Source: Planctomycetota bacterium
GTDB taxonomy: Bacteria > Planctomycetota > Planctomycetia > Pirellulales > UBA1268
Direction: 5' to 3'
Length of the DNA: 64,000 nt
Assembly (NCBI GenBank): GCA_046046235.1
Contig: JBJOKF010000155.1
Span: 3,947 to 67,946 of the forward strand
Positions 1-8,007 of the stretch are shown one piece after another. The notes under the pieces were generated by a model that did no database searches, was not told where the DNA came from, and saw nothing but the letters and a program-made list of their open reading frames with translations. Position 1 is the stretch's first letter, and each line of letters starts with the position of its first letter. Both the position numbers and the translations under genes were made by a program.

Positions 1-387
1 GCGCCGGTGGCGGCCCGTTACCGCGGCTTCCATCGCTACGATCTGACGACCTGCATCGCTTGCGACCAGTGTTCGAAGGCGTGTCCGGTGGATTGCATCT
101 ACATCGGCAAGGAGCGGGTGAGCGGGGGCAAGGGCTTCCGCGTGAGCGGGTTCGCGATCGATTATTCGAAGTGCATGTTCTGCGCGTTGTGTGTCGAGCC
201 CTGCCCTGTCGATTGCATCTTCATGGGCTCGACCCTCGACCTGAGCTGCTACAGCAGGGACGGCACGATCGTCGATTTCGCCAGGCTCCCAGTCGAGGTC
301 GCCTGGGGACGCTCGACGCTCAACCCGACCGCCGTCGCCGCCTCCAAGGTGATCGTGGAGCCGGTGCATGGCGGCCCGAACCAATAG
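1..387 (+). CDS. nuoI: NADH-quinone oxidoreductase subunit I-like 2x[4Fe-4S] protein; reading frame is open to the window edge, so the 5' end is probably truncated
   Basis: Two ferredoxin-type cluster motifs (CIACDQCSKACP and CMFCALCVEPCP) with NuoI-like spacing and context (FAIDYSKCMFCALC). TAG stop at 385..387. Lies directly upstream of nuoA. Confidence 0.8.
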   Translation, partial: APVAARYRGFHRYDLTTCIACDQCSKACPVDCIYIGKERVSGGKGFRVSGFAIDYSKCMFCALCVEPCPVDCIFMGSTLDLSCYSRDGTIVDFARLPVEVAWGRSTLNPTAVAASKVIVEPVHGGPNQ

Positions 388-423
388 CCTCGTGCCGCCG
401 GCGCGGGTGCCGGCTCCCTGTCA

Positions 424-479
424 CCCAGAACGCGAACCCCAAAACGCGAACCCCAGAACGCGAACCCCAAAACTCGAAC
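424..479 (+). repeat. Four tandem copies of a 14-nt CA-rich unit (CCCAGAACGCGAAC / CCCAAAACGCGAAC / CCCAGAACGCGAAC / CCCAAAACTCGAAC) in the nuoI-nuoA spacer
   Basis: Read directly from the sequence. Units occupy 424-437, 438-451, 452-465 and 466-479, and the nuoA ATG is at 496. Equivalent to a 28-nt unit x2 with one mismatch. Confidence 0.95.
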
Positions 480-495
480 CAAGCCAAATCGCCCC

Positions 496-1083
496 ATGCA
501 ACCCGTCCTGATTGCCGGCTATCTGGCGCTGTTCGTCGCGATTGGCGCAGGCTTTCTCTGTGTCAATCTGCTGGTGGGCTGGCTCGTGCGGCCGCGGGCC
601 CCGAATTCGGAAAAGCTGGAGGTCTACGAATGCGGGGAACCGACCATCGGGTCGAGTTTCGTGCAGTTTGACCTGCGGTTCTACGTGGTCGCCCTGCTGT
701 TCATCATCTTCGACGTCGAGGTCGCCCTGTTTTTTCCGTGGGCCACGGTGTTCGGGAAGGCCACGCAGCTTTCCGATCCGGCGCTCGCGACAGTGCAAGC
801 GGATGGGCAGACGCTCACGCCCGCCGCTGCGGGGCTGATGCGGGAACTGGGGGTCGAGAAGCCCACCGTGCCCGTGTTTTCCGATGCCACCGCTTCCGGG
901 GCCGATGCGGTGCAACGTGCCGGGCGACTTTTGGCGCGAACGGCGGCGGTCGACATGGCGGCCTTCTTCGCGATCTTGCTCGTCGGCTTTGCCTACGTTT
1001 GGCACCGCGGGGATCTCGACTGGGTGAGGGCCGTGTCGTCGCAGGGCGGCGGCCAGCCCCGACCCATGTCGATTCGCCATTGA
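496..1083 (+). CDS. nuoA: NADH-quinone oxidoreductase subunit A, with a ~60-aa insertion between TM2 and TM3
   Basis: NuoA/ND3 hallmarks LEVYECGEP and FDVEVALFFPW, plus C-terminal LLVGFAYVWHRGDLDW. At 195 aa it is longer than typical NuoA. Confidence 0.9.
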   Translation: MQPVLIAGYLALFVAIGAGFLCVNLLVGWLVRPRAPNSEKLEVYECGEPTIGSSFVQFDLRFYVVALLFIIFDVEVALFFPWATVFGKATQLSDPALATVQADGQTLTPAAAGLMRELGVEKPTVPVFSDATASGADAVQRAGRLLARTAAVDMAAFFAILLVGFAYVWHRGDLDWVRAVSSQGGGQPRPMSIRH

Positions 1084-1230
1084 TGTCTGATGTCCATGCA
1101 AGCATCCCCTTCGGCGCCCGACTGGAATCTGGTGCAGAGGGCGGAGCGAGCGCGGTCCGCGGCATCCGCAGCGCAGGGTTGAAAGTCCGATTCGTTTCGG
1201 GATCCAGGTCCAGCTTCGAGAGACAAGTCC

Positions 1231-1770
1231 ATGAGAGGCCCCGGTTTTTTGGAGCAGTTGGAGCACGCGGTGCCCGGAGCCGTCGTCGGCAGCCAACTTG
1301 AAGCGATCGACCCCTGGATCGAGGTCGAGCCGACCCGTCTGGCCGACGTCTGTCGCTGGCTGAAGGGGGGGGCGGGCGGATCGAACGTGCGTTTCGACGC
1401 GCTCGAGTGCATCACGGCCGTCGATTGGTTCGAGCCGGATGCCAAGAAGGCCGCGAAGAACTCCTGGCAGCCGCACATCGAAATGGTCTACCACCTGTGG
1501 AGCACCGCATCACGGGTGAGCATCGTCCTCAAGGCGAAGTTGCCACGCTGGAAGTCCGATCAGCCCGGCCTGCTGCCGGAGATTCCCAGCGTGGCAGGCA
1601 TCTGGCGGACCGCAGACTGGCACGAGCGGGAGGTCTACGACCTTTCCGGCGTGTGGTTCACCGGTCATCCGGACCCGCGGCGGATCCTCTGCCCCGAGGA
1701 TTGGGAAGGACACCCGCTTCGGAAAGACTACGTCCAGCCCCTCGAGTATCACGGCATCCGCGGCCGCTGA
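1231..1770 (+). CDS. nuoC: NADH-quinone oxidoreductase subunit C (30-kDa subunit)
   Basis: [24 protein letters not shown] and [12 protein letters not shown] are typical NuoC motifs. Position between nuoA and nuoD. Confidence 0.9.
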   Translation: MRGPGFLEQLEHAVPGAVVGSQLEAIDPWIEVEPTRLADVCRWLKGGAGGSNVRFDALECITAVDWFEPDAKKAAKNSWQPHIEMVYHLWSTASRVSIVLKAKLPRWKSDQPGLLPEIPSVAGIWRTADWHEREVYDLSGVWFTGHPDPRRILCPEDWEGHPLRKDYVQPLEYHGIRGR

Positions 1771-1828
1771 CGCCCGCCGCGGGCATCCGGGGCCGCACGC
1801 GGCCCTTCACAGCGAAGGACACGATCTG

Positions 1829-3037
1829 ATGACGAACCTCCTTGACGACGATCCGCGGATCATCGAGTTCGACGTCCGTACCGATGAGATGCTCGTCAAT
1901 ATGGGCCCACAGCACCCGAGCACCCACGGCGTGCTGCGGCTCGTGCTGCGGACCGACGGGGAGATCGTGTCGGAGGTCGAGCCGCATATCGGCTACCTCC
2001 ATCGCTGCGCCGAGAAGATCGGCGAGAATCTGACGGCGCGGCAGTGGATCCCCTACACGGATCGCATGGACTACCTGGCCGCGATGAACATGAATCTCGG
2101 CTGGGCGCTCGCGGTCGAGAAGCTGATGCGGTATCAGGTGAGCGAGAAAGCCCGGCATCTGCGGGTCCTCATCGCCGAGCTCGGGCGGGTCGCCAGCCAT
2201 CTGGTCGGCATGGGGGCCTATGGCCTCGACCTCGGTACCTTCAGTCCGTTTCTCTACGCCTTCCGCGAACGGGAGAAGATTCTGGACCTCTTCGAGGAGG
2301 CCTGCGGAGCGAGGCTGACGTACAGCTACATCACGGTCGGCGGTTTGACGGCCGACCTGCCGCCGGGCTGGCTGCGGAAGTGCGAGGAGTTCCTCGATCA
2401 GTTCGAGCCGATCATCAAGGAATACCACGCCCTTCTTACGACCAACGCGATCTTCGTCAAGCGGACGGCCGGCATCGGCGTCCTGTCGCGGGAGATGGCG
2501 ATCGACTACGGCTGCTCCGGGCCGGTGCTCCGCGGCAGCGGCGTCGATCAGGATCTCCGGCGGGACGGCGAGAGCATCTACACGGCCATGTACGACGGCT
2601 ACGCCTTCGAGGTCGCGGTGATGAAAGACGGCCACTATCCGCGTGACCACGAGTATCCGCCGGTGCCGGCGGACGCCGTGCTGGGGGACTGCTGGCACCG
2701 CTTCTTCGTGCGGATGCTCGAGGTGGTGCAGTCGATGGATCTGGTGCGGCAGGCCATCGATCGGTACGCGGCGTGCAAAGGGCCGCTGGGCGAGCCCCTG
2801 AAGCTGACCGAGAAGATTCCGGCGGGCGACGCCTATCTCGAGACCGAGTGCCCGAAGGGCCAGATGGGCTTCTACATCGTCAGCGACGGCTCGGCCATTC
2901 CGTGGCGTGCCCGGGCGAGGTCCAGTTCGTTCTCGAACCTTTCCGTGACGGGCGAGCTGTGCCGCGGGTGCCTCATCGCGGACGTGCCGGCCATCGTGGG
3001 CAGCCTCGACATCGTCATGGGAGAGATCGACCGCTAA
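1829..3037 (+). CDS. nuoD: NADH-quinone oxidoreductase subunit D (49-kDa subunit)
   Basis: NMGPQHPSTHGVLRL near the N-terminus and the C-terminal SLDIVMGEIDR signature. 402 aa. AAGGA about 9 nt upstream of the ATG. Confidence 0.95.
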   Translation: MTNLLDDDPRIIEFDVRTDEMLVNMGPQHPSTHGVLRLVLRTDGEIVSEVEPHIGYLHRCAEKIGENLTARQWIPYTDRMDYLAAMNMNLGWALAVEKLMRYQVSEKARHLRVLIAELGRVASHLVGMGAYGLDLGTFSPFLYAFREREKILDLFEEACGARLTYSYITVGGLTADLPPGWLRKCEEFLDQFEPIIKEYHALLTTNAIFVKRTAGIGVLSREMAIDYGCSGPVLRGSGVDQDLRRDGESIYTAMYDGYAFEVAVMKDGHYPRDHEYPPVPADAVLGDCWHRFFVRMLEVVQSMDLVRQAIDRYAACKGPLGEPLKLTEKIPAGDAYLETECPKGQMGFYIVSDGSAIPWRARARSSSFSNLSVTGELCRGCLIADVPAIVGSLDIVMGEIDR

Positions 3038-3093
3038 GCGTCTTTTGACACGTTTTTTATCCCGACCCTTGTGCATCCCACCGACTTGGCGCA

Positions 3094-3119
3094 CACTTCG
3101 TGCAAATTTTCACGAAGTG
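3094..3119 (+). promoter_or_regulatory. 9-bp perfect stem-loop (CACTTCGTG - CAAATTTT - CACGAAGTG) in the relatively AT-rich 115-nt nuoD-nuoH spacer; function unknown (RNA processing/attenuation or operator)
   Basis: Arms at 3094-3102 and 3111-3119 are exact reverse complements. The spacer also carries TTGACA at 3045-3050 and the 11-mer GACACGTTTTT (3047-3057), which recurs at 28176-28186. Confidence 0.4.
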
Positions 3120-3152
3120 CCCTAAAGGCCGCGAAATCGGCGGTTTTCCCTG

Positions 3153-4400
3153 GTGAAGCCGCCGCCTACGTGCAATCCACCGATGGCTGATTTCCTCATT
3201 CATTCCGTCGGCCTGCCCGAGTGGCTCGGCTGGACGATCATGGCCATCCTGGCGGCCGTGCTGATCTTGAACGTCATCGCCGGCGGTGCGCTCGTCTTCA
3301 TTTGGGCGGAGCGGAAGATCGCCGCCCGGATTCAGGATCGGCTCGGGCCCACGCGGACCGGCGGCCGATTCGGCTGGCTGCAGTCCCTCGCGGACGGGAT
3401 CAAGCTGCTCGCCAAGGAAGACCTCATGCCGGAGGGAGCCGACGGCTTGCTTTTCCGTCTCGCCCCCTACGTGAGCTTCTGTGCTTCGTTTTGCGCCTTC
3501 ATCGCCCTGCCGTTCGCCTTCGACTTCGTCGGCCAGCGGCTGAATGTCGGCGTGTTCTTCGTGGTGGCGGTGCTGGGGCTCGAGGTCTTCGGGGTCATCC
3601 TCGCGGGCTACGCATCGGCATCGAAGTGGTCGCTTTTCGGCGCGATGCGGGAGGCGGCGCAGGTGGTGAGCTACGAGGTGCCGCTCGGCATGTGCGTGGT
3701 CGTGCCCGTCATGCTCGCCGGCAGCATGGACCTGGTGACGATCGCCGAAAAGCAGGCCGGTTGGCTCACCAACTGGTACATCTTCCACGACCCGTTTACG
3801 TTCGTGATCTTCTGGGTCTATGTGACCTGTGCCGTGGCGAGCGTGAACCGGGCGCCGTTCGATCTCGCGGAGGCGGAGAGCGAACTGGTCGCGGGCTTCC
3901 ACACGGAGTACTCCGGGCTCCGTTGGAGCTTCTTCTTCATGGCGGAATACGGCTCGATGTTCCTCGTCAGCGGCCTGGCGGCGGTCCTCTTTCTTGGTGG
4001 CTGGAACGGCCCGATCCCCGTCGCGTCGCTGTTGGGCCTCAGCGAGGGCACGGGCGACACGGCGGGCTACTTCGTGCGTCTCGTCGGCTGTGCCAACCTG
4101 CTGCTCAAGTCCACCGTCGGGGTGCTCTTCATGATGTGGATTCGCTGGACGCTGCCGCGGTTGCGGATCGACCAGGTCATGACGACCTGCCTGAAATACT
4201 GCACGCCCATCGCGGCCGCCATGTTTGCCGGCGTGATGCTGTGGCAGTTGGCGTTTCCCGGCGGTTTGGTGCGGGGCCTCAACCGGCCAGCCGGAGAGAT
4301 TCGTGAAGGCTGGCTCGAGGGGCCGGGGGGCCGTTCGCCCGCGGGAATTCCCGCTGCGGCGGTCGTGCGGTCGCAGCGGGTCGTGAGGGTGATGCCATGA
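3153..4400 (+). CDS. nuoH: NADH-quinone oxidoreductase subunit H, with a C-terminal extension
   Basis: AERKIAARIQDRLGPTRTG and LQSLADGIKLLAKED are NuoH/ND1 signatures. The start is GTG 3153 or ATG 3183 (MADFLIH). The stop overlaps the nuoJ start (ATGA at 4397-4400). Confidence 0.93.
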   Translation: MKPPPTCNPPMADFLIHSVGLPEWLGWTIMAILAAVLILNVIAGGALVFIWAERKIAARIQDRLGPTRTGGRFGWLQSLADGIKLLAKEDLMPEGADGLLFRLAPYVSFCASFCAFIALPFAFDFVGQRLNVGVFFVVAVLGLEVFGVILAGYASASKWSLFGAMREAAQVVSYEVPLGMCVVVPVMLAGSMDLVTIAEKQAGWLTNWYIFHDPFTFVIFWVYVTCAVASVNRAPFDLAEAESELVAGFHTEYSGLRWSFFFMAEYGSMFLVSGLAAVLFLGGWNGPIPVASLLGLSEGTGDTAGYFVRLVGCANLLLKSTVGVLFMMWIRWTLPRLRIDQVMTTCLKYCTPIAAAMFAGVMLWQLAFPGGLVRGLNRPAGEIREGWLEGPGGRSPAGIPAAAVVRSQRVVRVMP

Positions 4401-5107
4401 TGAATCCCGTCGCCGCGGCGGTGTTGGCTGTCGGCGCGCTGCCGCTCGGCCAGGTGAACTGGCACACCGTGATGTTCCTGCTTTTCGCGGCGGCGGCCTG
4501 CGCCTGTGCGGTGGCCGTGGTGCTCGCCGACAACATCGTCCGGATGGCGCTCTACCTCGTCTTCTGTCTCGCAGCGACGGCGGGGCTGTTCTTCCTGGCC
4601 GGGGCCGAGTTCGTCGGCGCGATGCAGTTGATGATCTACGTCGGTGGGACGCTCGTGCTGCTCGTGTTCGGGGTGATGCTGACCGCCCAGGCGCCGTTCG
4701 TGTCGATGAAGACCGCGTCCGGCGACAAGGTGCTGGCCGGCTTGGTGGGAGCGGCGCTGCTGGCGGTGCTCCTGCAGGCAGCTTTCCGCGTGGAGGCCTG
4801 GAGACGGCCTGGCGGCGGCGCCGAGGCCGCCCCCGCGGCCACGCCGATCGGCATGGCTTTGCTCGGGGTCCGCGTCGACGGTGGGGGCGACGGGGCGGTC
4901 CGGAATGGCTACCTCCTGCCGTTCGAGATCGTCTCCGTGCACTTGCTCGTGGTGCTCGTCGGTGCCGCGTACCTGGCACGGGCCAAGCGGAGGAAGTCGC
5001 CGCGGTCGATTGATGTGGCCGCATCGGCCGTGCCGCCGGCGGAATCTCGGCGTGAGCACGAACCGCGTGGGTCTGCCTCCGCTCTCGTCTCGGGAGGGCA
5101 GCGATGA
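4397..5107 (+). CDS. nuoJ: NADH-quinone oxidoreductase subunit J
   Basis: Hydrophobic ND6-like protein with GAEFVGAMQLMIYVGGTLVLLVF. Start and stop overlap both neighbouring genes. Confidence 0.88.
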   Translation: MMNPVAAAVLAVGALPLGQVNWHTVMFLLFAAAACACAVAVVLADNIVRMALYLVFCLAATAGLFFLAGAEFVGAMQLMIYVGGTLVLLVFGVMLTAQAPFVSMKTASGDKVLAGLVGAALLAVLLQAAFRVEAWRRPGGGAEAAPAATPIGMALLGVRVDGGGDGAVRNGYLLPFEIVSVHLLVVLVGAAYLARAKRRKSPRSIDVAASAVPPAESRREHEPRGSASALVSGGQR

Positions 5108-5514
5108 GCATGGTCGCTTCCCCGGTGTTTGCCGCCTGCCTGTCCTTCGTGGGTGAGCCGCTGCTGGCTGCGGGGTTCCTGTCGGCGCCGGTCGGCGTGG
5201 CCCATTATCTCGTCGTCGGTGCCATCTTGTTCACGGCCGGCGTCGTCTGCATGGCGGTCAAGCGGAACGCCCTCGGCGTGCTCATGGGCATCGAACTGGT
5301 GCTCAACGGGGCCAATGTCAACTTCGTCGCGTTCTCGTCGCCGACGCTCCGCGGGGAGGGAGCCGCTTCGCTCGGCCTCGACGGTCAGGTGATCGCGCTG
5401 TTCGTGATCCTGCTGGCCGCCGCCGAGGCTGCGGTCGCCTTGGCGATCACGCTCAACTTCTACAACAACCACGCCACCGTCGACATCGACCGAGCCGACG
5501 ACCTCAAGGGCTGA
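5104..5514 (+). CDS. nuoK: NADH-quinone oxidoreductase subunit K
   Basis: LMGIELVLNGANVNFVAFS and AAAEAAVALAI are ND4L/NuoK motifs. Has an N-terminal extension (136 aa). Confidence 0.9.
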   Translation: MSMVASPVFAACLSFVGEPLLAAGFLSAPVGVAHYLVVGAILFTAGVVCMAVKRNALGVLMGIELVLNGANVNFVAFSSPTLRGEGAASLGLDGQVIALFVILLAAAEAAVALAITLNFYNNHATVDIDRADDLKG

Positions 5515-5525
5515 TCCGCCGCGCC

Positions 5526-7955
5526 ATGGACCTCGCCTCACAACTTCCGCTGCTGCTGGGCCTCGCCTGGCTCCTGCCGCTGGCCTCGTTCGTGGCGATC
5601 CTTTTTTACGGCCCGCGGATGGGGCACCACGGCAAGAATGCCGCCTGGGTCGCCACGGCGGCGATTGGAGCCTCGCTCGTCCTGTCGTTGATCGCCTTCG
5701 GCGGCTGGCTGTCGGCCCACCCCGTGTCCGCGGCCGTGCACGGCACTCACGCGGATGGTCATGCTCCGGGCGGTCATGGCGACGGCGGTCATGGCGACGG
5801 CCATGGTGACGGCCATGCGGCCGAGCCCGCCGCCTACGCGGGGGATTGGTACACGCTCTACGAGGGGGGCGGTCTGAAGCTCTCGATCGGCTGGTATATC
5901 GATGCACTGACGGTGCTGATGTTCGTGGTGGTGACGCTCATCGCCACCTGCATCCACATCTATGCGTCGGGCTACATGCACGACGAACTGCACGACGTCA
6001 CGGACCACGAGGTTCACCTCTCCGCTGGCGGGCACCTGCACCGTCCCGGGCGGTTCCCCCGGTTTTTTCAGGCGCTTTCGCTGTTCTGTTTCTCGATGCT
6101 CGGCATCTTGATCGCAGGAAACCTGGCGATGGTGTTCATCTTCTGGGAGCTCGTCGGCATCTGTTCTTGGTTCCTGATCGGCTTCTACTTCGAGCGGAAG
6201 TCCGCCTCCACGGCTGCGAACAAAGCGTTCATCGTCAACCGCGTGGGTGACTTCGGGATGTTGATCGGACTGATGGCGCTGTGGGGCGCCCTCGGCACGC
6301 TGCACTTCGCCGACACGCCCGTCGCGGGGGGCACTGGGGCCGGTGACGTTCGGCCCGGTCTCTTCAGTCTGGTGCGGCCCGCCGCGACGGGCCACGCGCT
6401 GCAGGTGCCGGACGGCATGGTGCGGTTCGCCGCCGAGCAGGAGGTCGCCCGCATCGCGACCGCCAACGCGTCGCGTCCGGAGGCGGCGGCAGCAGAGATC
6501 GCCGGGAGCGTCGATACCTGGCGCGGGCAAGGCTACGGCAGGTGGCTGCTCTTCATCGCCGGGGTCGGCATTTTCTGCGGCTGCATCGGGAAGAGCGCGC
6601 AGTTTCCGCTGTTCGTCTGGCTGCCCGACGCGATGGAAGGGCCGACCCCCGTTTCGGCGCTGGTCCATTCGGCGACGATGGTCGCGGCGGGCGTGTACCT
6701 CGTCGGGCGCTTCTATCCCGTGCTCACGCCAGATGTGCTGCTCGTGATCGCCGTGATCGGCGGCATCACGCTGTTCATCGCGGCGACGATCGCCCTGGTC
6801 GCCAACGACATCAAACGGGTGCTCGCCTATTCCACGGTGAGCCAGCTCGGCTACATGATGCTGGCGCTCGGCGTCGGCGGCTGGGCGGCCGGACTCTTCC
6901 ACCTGGTCACCCACGCGTTCTTCAAGAGCCTGCTCTTCCTCTGCTCCGGCTCCGTCATCCACGCCTGCCATACCAACGACATGCGGAAGATGGGCGGCCT
7001 GGCCCGCGTGATGCCCTGGACGGCGGGCACGATGCTCGTCGGCTGCCTGGCCATCATCGGCGCCGGCATTCCCTTCGTCATCGGCCTGTCCGGCTACTAC
7101 TCGAAGGATGCGATCCTCGCTCAGGCGCTCTCCTTCTCCCGGGCGAACCCCGCCTGGTCGATCCTGTTCTACGCCGTTGCCGGCGGCGCGTTCCTGACCG
7201 CGTTCTACATGTTTCGGCTGTGGTTCATGACGTTCGCAGGCGAGCCCCGGGACCACCACGTCGCCGAGCACGCCCACGAGTCGCCGCAGGTCATGGTGGC
7301 GCCGCTGGTCGTGCTCGCGGTGCTCGCGGTGGTCGCCGGCTGGACGCTGCCCGGAGGCTTCAGCCTGCCCAATCTGCTCGAGCAGGCACGGCCGGCCGGG
7401 ACTGCCGAGACGACCACGGGCGGATTCCTCTTCGGCCAACTGACGGTGCCCGCCGAGTATGAGAGCCACGAGGGTTCGATCCACGTGATCGCGACGCTGA
7501 CCGCGTTCGCCACCGCGGCCGCGGGCGTTCTCTTGGCGGCGGCGATGTACCTCTGGAGGATCATCTCGCCGGCGGTCGTGGCCGCCATGTTTCGCCCGAT
7601 CTACGCCTTCCTCGCCCACCGCTGGTACTTCGACGAACTGTACCACGCGATCTTCGTGCGACCGGCCCTCGCCGTCGCGGGCCTGGCGAGCGGGACCGAC
7701 CGCAGGCTGATCGACCGCTTGATCGACGGGCTCGCCTGGTCGGCCCGCCAACTCGCCGGCATCGACGCCTGGATCGACCGCAACATCGTCGACGGCCTGG
7801 TCAACGCCACCGCTTCGGCCACCTGGAGCGCCGGTCTCGAACTCAAGAAACTGCAGACCGGACGCCTTCGCCAGTACGTGATGTTCATCGTGGTCGGCAC
7901 GGTGGCGATCTTCGTGCTGGCCAGCATGCTTTTCCGCGCGGCCCTCGCCGGCTGA
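5526..7955 (+). CDS. nuoL: NADH-quinone oxidoreductase subunit L, with a His/Gly/Asp-rich insertion and other insertions (809 aa)
   Basis: ND5 signatures FWELVGICSWFLIGFYFERKSASTAANKAFIVNRVGDFG and SAQFPLFVWLPDAMEGPTPVSALVHSATMVAAGVY. Confidence 0.95.
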   Translation: MDLASQLPLLLGLAWLLPLASFVAILFYGPRMGHHGKNAAWVATAAIGASLVLSLIAFGGWLSAHPVSAAVHGTHADGHAPGGHGDGGHGDGHGDGHAAEPAAYAGDWYTLYEGGGLKLSIGWYIDALTVLMFVVVTLIATCIHIYASGYMHDELHDVTDHEVHLSAGGHLHRPGRFPRFFQALSLFCFSMLGILIAGNLAMVFIFWELVGICSWFLIGFYFERKSASTAANKAFIVNRVGDFGMLIGLMALWGALGTLHFADTPVAGGTGAGDVRPGLFSLVRPAATGHALQVPDGMVRFAAEQEVARIATANASRPEAAAAEIAGSVDTWRGQGYGRWLLFIAGVGIFCGCIGKSAQFPLFVWLPDAMEGPTPVSALVHSATMVAAGVYLVGRFYPVLTPDVLLVIAVIGGITLFIAATIALVANDIKRVLAYSTVSQLGYMMLALGVGGWAAGLFHLVTHAFFKSLLFLCSGSVIHACHTNDMRKMGGLARVMPWTAGTMLVGCLAIIGAGIPFVIGLSGYYSKDAILAQALSFSRANPAWSILFYAVAGGAFLTAFYMFRLWFMTFAGEPRDHHVAEHAHESPQVMVAPLVVLAVLAVVAGWTLPGGFSLPNLLEQARPAGTAETTTGGFLFGQLTVPAEYESHEGSIHVIATLTAFATAAAGVLLAAAMYLWRIISPAVVAAMFRPIYAFLAHRWYFDELYHAIFVRPALAVAGLASGTDRRLIDRLIDGLAWSARQLAGIDAWIDRNIVDGLVNATASATWSAGLELKKLQTGRLRQYVMFIVVGTVAIFVLASMLFRAALAG

Positions 7956-8007
7956 CACGCCTCGCGGACATCACCGCACTTTCCCCGATCCCCGACGGAC
8001 TCTCGCC

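Noticed and set aside
424-479. Considered whether the 14-nt tandem repeats are a miniature CRISPR array
   Set aside because: The units are directly abutting with no spacers, are far shorter than CRISPR repeats, and no cas genes are present. Kept only as a tandem repeat.
1084-1230. Looked for a degraded nuoB between nuoA and nuoC
   Set aside because: The gap is only 147 nt, and no frame gives a NuoB-like peptide (no CC..E or C..CP cluster-ligand motifs). There is no evidence of a remnant.
5538-7958. 806-aa minus-strand ORF exactly mirroring nuoL. Similar cases are 3057..5111, 7885..9807 and 9675..11477 opposite nuoH/J, nuoM and nuoN.
   Set aside because: The translations are Arg/Pro/Gly/His/Asp-rich low-complexity strings with no motifs. 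Each spans almost exactly a well-supported gene on the other strand. This is the expected stop-codon-poor antisense frame of a very GC-rich genome.
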